Of a stretch of DNA of 53,234 bases, positions 36,505 through 45,121 are shown piece by piece (the stretch's first letter is position 1; each line of letters starts with the position of its first letter). A model generated the notes under the pieces. That model did not search any database, was not told the DNA's origin, and worked only from the letters and a program-made list of their open reading frames with translations. The DNA is from an uncultured Bacilli bacterium (lineage in GTDB: Bacteria; Bacillota_I; Bacilli_A; RF39; UBA660), in contig CANRQF010000001.1 in the NCBI GenBank assembly GCA_947632715.1, positions 1 through 53,234 on the forward strand, written 5' to 3'. The position numbers were made by a program, and so were the translations under genes.

Positions 36505-37907
36505 TATAAAACCACTTCACCATCTAAACTAAAACTTTTGGCATCTTTTATTTTTACTTTTATTATTTTACCAATTGTATCTTTAACATTAACGCCTTCA
36601 ATATTAACAAGTTTCATTGTATCAGTATAGCCATAAACTTTAGCATTATCTTTTTCTGACTTGCCTAAAACTAAAACTTCTACTTCTTTATTTAATAATT
36701 TTTGATTACTTTTATTTGCATAATAGTTTACGAGTTCATTTAATTCATATAATCTTTGTTCTTTTTCTTCCAATGTTACTTTATCTTCCATTCTAGATGC
36801 TGGTGTACCTTCCCTTGGTGAAAAAATAAAAGTATATGCACCATCAAATTCACAAGTTTTAACAACATCTAAAGTTTCTTCAAAATCTTCTCTTGTTTCA
36901 TTTGGAAAACCAACAATAATATCGGTAGTTATGGTTGCATTGGGAATCTTAGTTTTGATTTTATTAAATAATTCAATATATTCTTCCTTAGTATATCTTC
37001 TATTCATTCTTCTTAATATTTCATTACTACCAGATTGAATTGGTAAATGAATATAAGGCATAATATTTTTATATTTAGCAATAACATCAATCATTTCATC
37101 GGTAAAATTCCAAGGATGGGATGTTACAAATCTAATACGTTCAATACCAGTTTTAGCTACACTTTCAAGTAAATCACTAAACTTTTCGCCAATATCTCTA
37201 CCATATGCATTAACATTTTGACCAAGTAAAGTAACTTCTTTATAACCTTTATTTTTTAATTCCATGACTTCTTTTAAAATATCTTCTTTTTTTCTACTTC
37301 TTTCTCTACCTCTTGTATAAGGCACGATACAATATGTACAGAATTTATCACAACCATACATAATATTAATCCAAGCTGTATATTTAGAATCTCTTTCATA
37401 TTGCATTCCTTCTAAAACTTCATCACTTTCGGAATAGACCTCTATTTCTAATTTAGAAAATTCTTGAACTAATAACTTTGGTAAATCATATAAATTATGG
37501 GTACCAATAATAATATCGACAAAAGAATATTTTTCTTTTATTAAACTAACAAAATCTGGTTGTTCACTCATACAACCAGCAATAACTATTTTAACATCGT
37601 TTCTATTCTTTTTTAGATAATGACATTTTCCTAAAAAACCAATAACTTTATCGCGAGCATTCTCTCTTATTGCACATGTATTTAAAACAATAACATTAGC
37701 CTCTTCAATATTAGAAGTATTAACAAGACCTAATCTTTCTAAATAACTACGTATAGCTTCACTATCATGAACATTCATTTGACAACCATAAGTTCTTAAA
37801 AAATATTTCTTGTTAGTAAATACTTTTTTTATATCTTCATTTAATGTTATATATTTATTTTCTTTTTTTTCTCTTTTTTTCGCAACTTCTAAATCTGGTA
37901 AATGCAT
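36504..37907 (-). CDS. miaB: tRNA (N6-isopentenyl adenosine(37)-C2)-methylthiotransferase MiaB
   Basis: Radical SAM CDKFCTYC. UPF0004 N-terminal domain with conserved cysteines. C-terminal TRAM domain. Confidence 0.88.
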   Translation of the reverse strand: MHLPDLEVAKKREKKENKYITLNEDIKKVFTNKKYFLRTYGCQMNVHDSEAIRSYLERLGLVNTSNIEEANVIVLNTCAIRENARDKVIGFLGKCHYLKKNRNDVKIVIAGCMSEQPDFVSLIKEKYSFVDIIIGTHNLYDLPKLLVQEFSKLEIEVYSESDEVLEGMQYERDSKYTAWINIMYGCDKFCTYCIVPYTRGRERSRKKEDILKEVMELKNKGYKEVTLLGQNVNAYGRDIGEKFSDLLESVAKTGIERIRFVTSHPWNFTDEMIDVIAKYKNIMPYIHLPIQSGSNEILRRMNRRYTKEEYIELFNKIKTKIPNATITTDIIVGFPNETREDFEETLDVVKTCEFDGAYTFIFSPREGTPASRMEDKVTLEEKEQRLYELNELVNYYANKSNQKLLNKEVEVLVLGKSEKDNAKVYGYTDTMKLVNIEGVNVKDTIGKIIKVKIKDAKSFSLDGEVVL

Positions 37908-37953
37908 ACAACCACTTCCTAGTAAAGTATTTTATCATAAATACTAATAATTT

Positions 37954-38067
37954 GAAAGCAGGTTTGTGATTTTGTAAATTACGGGATAAGTTTAAGGGTA
38001 GATAAATTTAATATTAAGATATATTTTGAAAGTTGCTAAATTTTTTAATCAACCAAAACCCGCTTTC
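37954..38067 (-). promoter_or_regulatory. structured 5' leader candidate upstream of miaB
   Basis: About 12-bp closing helix, GAAAGCGGGTTT (minus strand, 38056-38067) with AAACCTGCTTTC (37954-37965), enclosing about 90 nt. No class recognised. Confidence 0.3.
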
Positions 38068-38075
38068 AGTTGTAG

Positions 38076-38104
38076 ATAATAAACTTTCTTATTTTAATTT
38101 GCAA
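38076..38104 (-). promoter_or_regulatory. candidate sigma-A promoter for the miaB leader
   Basis: On the minus strand, TTGCAA-N17-TATTAT. The predicted start falls at the base of the leader helix. Confidence 0.35.
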
Positions 38105-38152
38105 GGGTTTCGACAAATGATGTCAAAACTTCTAATAATTCGACATTTTTAC

Positions 38153-38184
38153 CAAAAAAAATCTTCCTAAATTAATAGGAAGAT
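38153..38184 (-). terminator. intrinsic terminator after the thioredoxin-like gene
   Basis: 9-bp stem ATCTTCCTA/TAGGAAGAT followed on the minus strand by TTTTTTTT. Confidence 0.65.
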
Positions 38185-38191
38185 AAAATTT

Positions 38192-38803
38192 TTAGTCTTC
38201 TTGCTTTTTACTTAAGAATATTCCTAAAGCACCAACAGCACCAGTTACAACAACAATACTTACTACTAAAATAATAATAGCAGTTTTAGACATCTTTTTC
38301 TTTTCAACTTTAATACAATCATCTTTGCCATCTTCAACACATGCTACAACGTCTTTATCGCCCTCTTCATAAGCTCTATCAATATAACTCTCTAAATCAG
38401 TACTATAAGAAGTTCTAGCATAAATATCACTTATTATAACAAGTGGTGTACCATTGGTATTTGCATCTCTAAATCCAGCTTCATTAAATACTTTTACTAC
38501 TTTTTGTCCTAATTCATAATCTGATCCATAAACTGCTGGATGAATTGTGGAAAATAATTCTTTCTTTACAATTGTAAATTTTTTATTATAAGAATCTAAT
38601 CCTTCTAAATATTCTAGCTCAGCCTCACAATAACTGCAATCATTAGCTAAAAAGATATATACTTTAACTAAATCATCAGTATTTACTACTTCCTCTTTTT
38701 CTTCTTCTTTAACAGTTTCATCATTATCTTTACTCTTCGCTGCATTTACACTTATTGGTAAAATAAGAAGTAAACATAATAATAAACTTATTATCTTTTT
38801 CAT
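38192..38803 (-). CDS. exported, membrane-tethered thioredoxin-fold protein (CxxC)
   Basis: Signal peptide ...ISVNAAK. Active-site-like CSYC after a beta-strand (VYIFLANDCSYC). C-terminal TM helix. Confidence 0.6.
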   Translation of the reverse strand: MKKIISLLLCLLLILPISVNAAKSKDNDETVKEEEKEEVVNTDDLVKVYIFLANDCSYCEAELEYLEGLDSYNKKFTIVKKELFSTIHPAVYGSDYELGQKVVKVFNEAGFRDANTNGTPLVIISDIYARTSYSTDLESYIDRAYEEGDKDVVACVEDGKDDCIKVEKKKMSKTAIIILVVSIVVVTGAVGALGIFLSKKQED

Positions 38804-38924
38804 TCTTAAACCTTCCTTCTACAAAAATTATAACACGCCTTTATTTAAAAATAAAGTTTATCATAATAATTTGAATTACAAATATTTATATAATATAATA
38901 ATATTATATTTTGGAGGACTTTTT

Positions 38925-39824
38925 ATGAAATATATTATTGATACAGATCCTGGTATAGATGATGCAATTGCTATTATGCTTGGTGTTAAAAATAACTTAG
39001 ATGTTATTGGTTTTACTTTAGTAAGTGGGAATATTCCAGTTGTTAAAAGTGAAAAAAATTTAAAAATTATTCAAGATTTTTTAGAAACTAATATTAAAAT
39101 GTACAATGGTAGTGTGGAAAATTTATGTAATCACCAAACTGCTGAATTTGCCCATGGTATTGATGGCCTTGGTTATGCTGTATTTCCTGACAATAATAAA
39201 CGTAAATTTGAAAAATTATCGGCTGAAGATTTTATTATAAGTTCATCTAAAAAATATCAAGATAATTTAACAATTATTTGTTTAGGACCACTTACTAATT
39301 TAGCAAATGCAATTAAAAAAGATAAAACTTTATATAAAAGAATTAAACATGTTTTAATAATGGGCGCATCATACAATCCCACTAATATTGAAAAATATAT
39401 TGAATTTAATGTTAATGTTGATCCAGAAGCAGCTGAACTTGTTTTTAATACTCCATTTGAAGATATAAAAGTTGTTACTCATGAAATTGGTATCACTTCT
39501 TTTATTGAACGAGAATACATGGATAATTTAAGAAATTCTGAGCATTTAGTTTCCAGATTTATTGGCGAAATGGCTCAAAAATATATGGAATTTAGTTATG
39601 AAAAATATGGTGTTTTGGGTCTTACAGCTCCAGATCCTACGGCAATTGCTTCAATTATTAATCAAAATGTTATTAAATTTGAACCATGTCAAATCAAGCT
39701 TGTTAAAAATAAAGATAATAAAAATGAATGTCATGTAGATTTAACTTCTAATAGTAATATCAAAATATCTACTAATTTTGACTTAGAATTATTTAGAAAA
39801 ATATTTAAAAATACTTTTAATTAA
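38925..39824 (+). CDS. nucleoside hydrolase (IUNH family)
   Basis: N-terminal DTDPGIDDAIA motif. I prefer the ATG at 38925 (GGAGG 7 nt upstream) over the TTG at 38871. Confidence 0.85.
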   Translation: MKYIIDTDPGIDDAIAIMLGVKNNLDVIGFTLVSGNIPVVKSEKNLKIIQDFLETNIKMYNGSVENLCNHQTAEFAHGIDGLGYAVFPDNNKRKFEKLSAEDFIISSSKKYQDNLTIICLGPLTNLANAIKKDKTLYKRIKHVLIMGASYNPTNIEKYIEFNVNVDPEAAELVFNTPFEDIKVVTHEIGITSFIEREYMDNLRNSEHLVSRFIGEMAQKYMEFSYEKYGVLGLTAPDPTAIASIINQNVIKFEPCQIKLVKNKDNKNECHVDLTSNSNIKISTNFDLELFRKIFKNTFN

Positions 39825-39840
39825 ATTTAATACTAATTTC

Positions 39841-39962
39841 TTCAATGTATTTTTTTGACATTCCTGCCACTTTTTTACAATGGCACTGTATCGTAATTTC
39901 GTCAAAAAAAGAACCTTAACACTTCTTCTCTATTTTTTCTTTACCACCCGTATGGTTATAAT
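39841..39962. repeat. direct repeat copy A (122 nt), containing a decayed copy of the serS 3' end (39916-39962)
   Basis: Near-identical to 41300-41423. The serS-derived part has a 1-nt deletion that breaks the frame. Confidence 0.85.
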
Positions 39963-39971
39963 TTGTCAAAA

Positions 39972-41213
39972 CTATAAATCCAAACTATCTTGATTTAATA
40001 AAAATTCCTGTATTCCAATTACTAATATACCTTCTTCTGTATACCAATGCTTTATGTTATCTTTTACAACAATTATTTTTTTAAATTCATCACCAATATT
40101 AAGCAATGGTCTTTCCTCTTGGATAGTTTTTTCTCTTTCTTCTAGATGTAAAGTACATTGAATATAATATCTTTTATAAGATTGATTACATACAAAATCA
40201 ACTTCCAATTGCTTACGTTTATTTTTGTCCCTTACTTCTACAATTCCAACATCTACGTTATATCCTCTCATTAATAATTCATTATATATAACGTTTTCCA
40301 TTAAATGATTCTCTTCTAATTGTCTAAAATTAATTCTAACATTTCTAAGCCCGATATCTGTAAAATAATACTTACTTGGAGTAGATATATACTTTTTCCC
40401 TTTAATATTATATCTTTCAACTTTATTAATTAAAAAAGAATCTAATAAATAATTAATATATGATGTTATTGTTTGAACATTAACATCTTTAATCATATTG
40501 CTTGTAAAAGTATTGGCTAATTTTGTAGGATTAGTAAGTGATCCAACTGATGAAGATAAAATATTTATAAGAGTATTTAAAACATCTTCTCTACCTACAT
40601 TATTTCTTTCTATTATATCTTTTAAATATGTTGTTTCAAATAAATTCTTTAAATATGAGCTTTTCTCTTCTTCTGTCTTTTTGGTTAAAATATAAGGCAT
40701 ACCTCCATAAATTAAATATTCATTCCAAGCATCATCTTGGGTTCCTTTATAAGCAGAAACAAATTCTTTAAAAGATAATGGATAAATTTTTACTTCATCT
40801 CCACGACCTCTAAATTCTGTTATTATATCAGATGATAAAAACTTAGAATTACTTCCAGTTACATAAACATCAACATTTTCTATATGTAAAAAACCATTTA
40901 ATACAAACTCAAAATCAGGAACATTTTGTATTTCATCTAATATTACATAATACATTTTTTTATCAACAATTAAACTACGAATATATTCATCAAGAACATC
41001 GGGATCTAAATATTTTTTATTTTTTCTTTCTTCTAAATCAAGTTTAATTATATGATCCTCATTAACTCCATTATCCATTAAATAATTCTTGAAAATTGGA
41101 TCTAATAAGTATGACTTACCTGATCTTCTTATTCCAGTAACAACTTTGATCATACCATTTTCTTTTCTACTAATTAATTTATTTAAATATATATCTCTTT
41201 TTATTTGGGTCAT
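39972..41213 (-). CDS. AAA+ ATPase with a C-terminal DUF4143-type (restriction-endonuclease-like) domain
   Basis: Walker A GIRRSGKS and Walker B YVILDEIQ. Layout is typical of the AAA_14 plus DUF4143 family. Confidence 0.75.
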   Translation of the reverse strand: MTQIKRDIYLNKLISRKENGMIKVVTGIRRSGKSYLLDPIFKNYLMDNGVNEDHIIKLDLEERKNKKYLDPDVLDEYIRSLIVDKKMYYVILDEIQNVPDFEFVLNGFLHIENVDVYVTGSNSKFLSSDIITEFRGRGDEVKIYPLSFKEFVSAYKGTQDDAWNEYLIYGGMPYILTKKTEEEKSSYLKNLFETTYLKDIIERNNVGREDVLNTLINILSSSVGSLTNPTKLANTFTSNMIKDVNVQTITSYINYLLDSFLINKVERYNIKGKKYISTPSKYYFTDIGLRNVRINFRQLEENHLMENVIYNELLMRGYNVDVGIVEVRDKNKRKQLEVDFVCNQSYKRYYIQCTLHLEEREKTIQEERPLLNIGDEFKKIIVVKDNIKHWYTEEGILVIGIQEFLLNQDSLDL

Positions 41214-41222
41214 TTTTATCCT

Positions 41223-41280
41223 CCATTGTATTTTTTTGGCATTTTTGCCACTTTTTTACAATGACATTGTACCATAATTT
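41223..41280. repeat. divergent partial third copy (B) of the repeat, containing the ATPase promoter candidate
   Basis: GGCATTTTTGCCACTTTTTTACAATGACATTGTACCATAATTT. On the minus strand this gives TTGAAA-N18-TACAAT with an extended-10 TG. Confidence 0.6.
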
Positions 41281-41299
41281 ATAAACTTTTTTCAATATA

Positions 41300-41423
41300 T
41301 TCATTGTATTTTTATGGCATTTTTGCCACTTTTTTACAATGGCACTGTATCGTAATTTCGTAAAAAAAGAAGCATTAACACTTCTTATCTATTTTTTCTT
41401 TACCACCCATGTATGGTTGTAAT
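41300..41423. repeat. direct repeat copy C (124 nt), overlapping the functional serS 3' end
   Basis: Aligned by eye with 39841-39962. Confidence 0.85.
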
Positions 41424-42664
41424 ACTTTAGGTATTAAAACACTTCCATCTTCTTGTAAATTATTTTCTAAGAATGCAATTAACATTCTAGGTGGAGCAAT
41501 TACAGTATTATTTAAAGTATGAGCAAATTCTTTAGTACCGTCTTCTTTTTTATAACGAATACCTAATCTTCTAGCTTGAGCATCAGTTAAATTAGAACAA
41601 GAACAAACTTCAAAATATTTTTGTTGTCTTGGACTCCAAGCTTCAATATCACAAGAACGATATTTTAAATCTGCTAAATCACCACTACAACAAACAAGTT
41701 TACGAACGGGAATATTAAGTGTTCTAAATAATTCAACTGAATAATTCCACATCTTATTGTACCATTCTTCACTTTCTTCTGGTTTACAAATTACAATCAT
41801 TTCTTGTTTTTCAAATTGATGAATACGATATACTCCTCTTTCTTCAATACCATGAGCTCCAACTTCTTTTCTAAAGCATGGTGAATATGAAGTCATCGTT
41901 ATTGGTAAATCACTTTCTTTTAATAATTGATCTTTATATTTAGCAATCATAGAATGTTCACTAGTTCCAATTAAATATAAATCTTCACCTTCAATTTTAT
42001 ACATCATAGCATCTTTTTCTTCAAAAGACATAACACCATTAACGGCATCACCATGAATCATGTATGGTGGTATACAATAAGTAAAGCCTTTATTAATCAT
42101 AAAATCACGGGCATAGGCTAAAACTGCTGAATGAAGTCTAGCTATATCACCCATTAAATAGTAAAAACCATTACCACTTACGCGACCAGCAGCATCTTTA
42201 TCAAGACCATTAAAACTGCTCATTATATCAGCATGATATGGTATCTCAAAATTAGGAACAATTGGTTCACCAAAACGAGCTTCTTCCACATTTTTAGAAT
42301 CATCTTCTCCAATTGGTACATCATCTGCAATAATGTTTGGTATAACCATCATAATCTTTTTAATTTTGTCTTCAAGTTCTACTTCTTTTTCTTCACATTC
42401 CGGAATTTCTTTATTAATTTCTGCTACTTGTTCTTTAATTTTGTTTGCATCATCAATTTTTTTATCTTTCATTAAATTACCAATTTCACTACTAAGTTTA
42501 TTTTTTTCGGCTTTTAAAGTATCAACTTTTACTTTATATTCACGATATTCTTTATCAAGTTCATATACTTCATCAACTAAAGGTAATTTCTTATCTTGAA
42601 ATTTTTTCTTAATATTTTCTTTTACTAATTCTCTATTTTCTCTTATTAATTTTATATCTATCAT
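41375..42664 (-). CDS. serS: seryl-tRNA synthetase
   Basis: The MIDIKLIREN start, coiled-coil arm and class II core are typical of SerS. The 22-codon extension in the ORF track runs into the T-box terminator, so the start is moved to 42664. Confidence 0.93.
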   Translation of the reverse strand: MIDIKLIRENRELVKENIKKKFQDKKLPLVDEVYELDKEYREYKVKVDTLKAEKNKLSSEIGNLMKDKKIDDANKIKEQVAEINKEIPECEEKEVELEDKIKKIMMVIPNIIADDVPIGEDDSKNVEEARFGEPIVPNFEIPYHADIMSSFNGLDKDAAGRVSGNGFYYLMGDIARLHSAVLAYARDFMINKGFTYCIPPYMIHGDAVNGVMSFEEKDAMMYKIEGEDLYLIGTSEHSMIAKYKDQLLKESDLPITMTSYSPCFRKEVGAHGIEERGVYRIHQFEKQEMIVICKPEESEEWYNKMWNYSVELFRTLNIPVRKLVCCSGDLADLKYRSCDIEAWSPRQQKYFEVCSCSNLTDAQARRLGIRYKKEDGTKEFAHTLNNTVIAPPRMLIAFLENNLQEDGSVLIPKVLQPYMGGKEKIDKKC

Positions 42665-42682
42665 TTTTATCTCTCTTTCTAT

Positions 42683-42850
42683 TAAAATAAAAACCACAAA
42701 ACACTCCAAGGAGCAATTCTGCGGTACCATCCTTTATATCACTTATTTGTTTGTAACGGAACAACCCGATATTTTTTAAATATACTCCGAAAGGAGATTC
42801 ACAATATTACTTTATTAGTTTCCACCAACCACTAACTCTCTATTAAAAGT
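42683..42850 (-). promoter_or_regulatory. T-box leader (tRNA-sensing riboswitch) of serS
   Basis: On the minus strand there is an AGAGAG stem I start, T-box core AAAGGATGGTACCGCAG (42719-42737), and the terminator helix CCGCAGAATTGCTCC/GGAGTGTTTTGTGG followed by TTTTTATTTT. Confidence 0.7.
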
Positions 42851-42880
42851 AATTATTGCTACTAATCTTTCATCTTTGTT

Positions 42881-43090
42881 TTATTTGTATTTATTCATTT
42901 GATTCATAACTTGTTTAATTTGTTTTTGACTAGGTTTTCTACCCATGCCACTCATCATTGTTTCAATCATCTTTTCATTAATTGGAGGATTTTTTTGCAT
43001 GTATTTTTTAGTTATAAATCTCGATATTAAAAATCCTAAAATAACTCCTACTACTAAACCACCAATTAAATATAATATATTGGCTAACAT
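42881..43090 (-). CDS. YneF/UPF0154 family small membrane protein
   Basis: One N-terminal TM helix, then FITKKYMQKNPPINEKMIETMMSGMGRKPSQKQIKQVM, typical of UPF0154. Confidence 0.7.
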   Translation of the reverse strand: MLANILYLIGGLVVGVILGFLISRFITKKYMQKNPPINEKMIETMMSGMGRKPSQKQIKQVMNQMNKYK

Positions 43091-43515
43091 TATCTACTTT
43101 TTCCTTTCTTTTCTTTCTTTAATAAATCTCTTATCTCTTCAAGTAACAATACTTCATCACTTTTGACAACTGGAGCTACTTCTTCTTTCTTTTCTTCTTC
43201 TTTTCCTTTTTTACCAAATTTATGAATACCATTATTGAAATTATTAATTATTTTAACAATAACAAATAAACATACAGCATTAATTAAGAAATCAATTACC
43301 GATTGAATAAAAGCACCATACATAATATGTGCATTTCTAAATGTAATCGATAAATTAGAAAAATCATGACCTCCTAAAATAATACCAATAAGTGGTGTAA
43401 AAATATTATTTACTAAACTTGTAACAATATTTCCAAATGCTGCACCGATGATAACACCAACAGCAAGATCAACAACATTTCCTCTTGAAATAAACTCCTT
43501 AAACTCTTTTAACAT
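43090..43515 (-). CDS. mscL: large-conductance mechanosensitive channel
   Basis: N-terminus [27 protein letters not shown]. Confidence 0.9.
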   Translation of the reverse strand: MLKEFKEFISRGNVVDLAVGVIIGAAFGNIVTSLVNNIFTPLIGIILGGHDFSNLSITFRNAHIMYGAFIQSVIDFLINAVCLFVIVKIINNFNNGIHKFGKKGKEEEKKEEVAPVVKSDEVLLLEEIRDLLKKEKKGKSR

Positions 43516-43589
43516 TTTCCTTCACCTAGTCTTATTTTATTATAACTAGTCATATTTTGCAAGAAAATTAAATAAAAAACTAAAGTTAG

Positions 43590-44204
43590 TTAACTTAATT
43601 TTTTTATTTGTTCATTATAATTATCACTCATACAAATGAATGAACCACTCACTATAATATCTAAATTATATGGCTTAATAATATCAATAACCTCATCATT
43701 TACTCCCCCATCAATACCAATTAAAACATGTTTATCTTTTAAATACGATATTTTATTAAGTACTTCTTTAATAAATGTTTGACCACCTTTACCTGGATAA
43801 ACACTCATAATTAAAACATAATCTATTTTATTTATATATTTATCTAATATTGTCACATCTTCATTAGGATTAATCGCAATTCCTATTTTAACACCATTAC
43901 TATGAACAAAATCTATTACTTCTTCAATATTAGGTGTACCATCTAAATGAACCGTTATCATATAGACATTTAATTTTATTAATTTTCTTATATACTTAAG
44001 AGGATCATTCACCATTAAATGAATATCTAATCTTAAAAATAAATCTTTTAAGTTACTTATTATGTCATCTATTTCAAAATTCTTTTCTGGAACATAAATA
44101 CCATCCATTAAATCAACATGAATTAAATCAGCATCACTTTCATCAATCATATTTAATGTTGTTATCCTGTCATATTTGCTTTTTAAAAAACTTACTGATA
44201 TCAT
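43590..44204 (-). CDS. rpe: ribulose-phosphate 3-epimerase
   Basis: Motifs HVDLMDG, HLMV and GIDGG. Sits downstream of rsgA, as in the Bacillus prkC operon. Confidence 0.8.
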   Translation of the reverse strand: MISVSFLKSKYDRITTLNMIDESDADLIHVDLMDGIYVPEKNFEIDDIISNLKDLFLRLDIHLMVNDPLKYIRKLIKLNVYMITVHLDGTPNIEEVIDFVHSNGVKIGIAINPNEDVTILDKYINKIDYVLIMSVYPGKGGQTFIKEVLNKISYLKDKHVLIGIDGGVNDEVIDIIKPYNLDIIVSGSFICMSDNYNEQIKKLS

Positions 44205-44213
44205 AAAACCTCC

Positions 44214-45113
44214 TTATTTAATAGGAACATAACCTGCTTCTTCGGCAATCTTTTGACCATTACTTCCTAACAATTCTTCTTTTAATTTTGTTAATGTTTT
44301 ATTTTTATTATCTTTTAAAGTAACCATGTAATAAGCAGATCTTAATGGATATTCTCCATTTTTTATTGTCTCATTATTTGGTTTTATGCCATTTACCCCA
44401 AGTAATTTCATTTGATCATTTTTATACATTGTATTAGCATAGTAATAATAAGAATAACCTATGGCATCAAGACCATTTTCATAACTAGATACATAATCAA
44501 TAATCCCCATCATTGTTTCAATGTATTCTCTTTCTTCTGGTTCCCTCATCTTTTTACCCTTCATTACTAAACTAAGCATTCCTGTTTGGCTTCCGGAATT
44601 TTCAGGTCTTTGGTATGCTACTATCTTAGCATCTCTACCTCCTACTTCCTTCCAATTAGTAATTTCACCTGTATATATTTTTTGAATTTCTTCTAATTTT
44701 AAACTATCAACTTTATTATTAATATTAGTAAAGAAAACAAATGCTTCATTAACTAAAGGTGTAACTTCTAATTCAACATTTTTATCTTTAGCTCTTTTTA
44801 ATTCATCACTACTTGGTTCGGTAACTACAATTAAATCTACTTCTCTATTAATAAGTTTAGTATAAGCTGGATCAGTATTTGTATAATTGGCAGTTAGATT
44901 AAAATTGGTTAAATTATCAATTAAAGCATCAGTTAAAGGTTGGGTAGCTAAAGATGCATCAATCTTTATTTCTTCATTATATATTACTTTTTCTTTTGGT
45001 TTATCTAAAACATTATCTTTACTATTATTTAAGAATAAAAATACTCCAAAACCTAAGGCAATACCTGTTAAGATTGTTATTATAACTATTACTATAATTG
45101 TACTTTTTTTCAT
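44214..45113 (-). CDS. PstS/PBP_like_2-type substrate-binding protein, N-terminally anchored (orphan)
   Basis: N-terminal TM. YQRPENSGSQTGM and GYSYYYY resemble phosphate-binding-protein-like domains. No ABC permease or ATPase is nearby. Confidence 0.55.
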   Translation of the reverse strand: MKKSTIIVIVIITILTGIALGFGVFLFLNNSKDNVLDKPKEKVIYNEEIKIDASLATQPLTDALIDNLTNFNLTANYTNTDPAYTKLINREVDLIVVTEPSSDELKRAKDKNVELEVTPLVNEAFVFFTNINNKVDSLKLEEIQKIYTGEITNWKEVGGRDAKIVAYQRPENSGSQTGMLSLVMKGKKMREPEEREYIETMMGIIDYVSSYENGLDAIGYSYYYYANTMYKNDQMKLLGVNGIKPNNETIKNGEYPLRSAYYMVTLKDNKNKTLTKLKEELLGSNGQKIAEEAGYVPIK

Positions 45114-45121
45114 ATATACTC

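Noticed and set aside
37908-38160. The miaB upstream gap as 6S RNA, SRP RNA or tmRNA
   Set aside because: The closed helix spans only about 114 nt, which is short for 6S. No SRP domain IV motif is visible, and no tRNA-like GGTTCGAATCC...CCA end.
41311-41345. TGGCA...TGCCA motif as a sigma-54 (-24 GG / -12 GC) promoter
   Set aside because: The GG-to-GC spacing is about 9 nt, not the 12 nt of the TGGCAC-N5-TTGCA consensus. No enhancer-binding protein gene is nearby.
39841-41423. Calling the repeat-flanked ATPase segment a defined mobile element or prophage remnant
   Set aside because: No integrase, transposase or terminal inverted repeats are present. Only the direct repeats and the serS 3' copy are seen, so it is reported as a finding rather than annotated as a mobile element.
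42233-42599. Plus-strand ORFs 42233..42475 and 42333..42599
   Set aside because: They lie antisense to the serS coiled-coil region. F/I/N-rich low-complexity translation is typical of shadow ORFs in AT-rich DNA.
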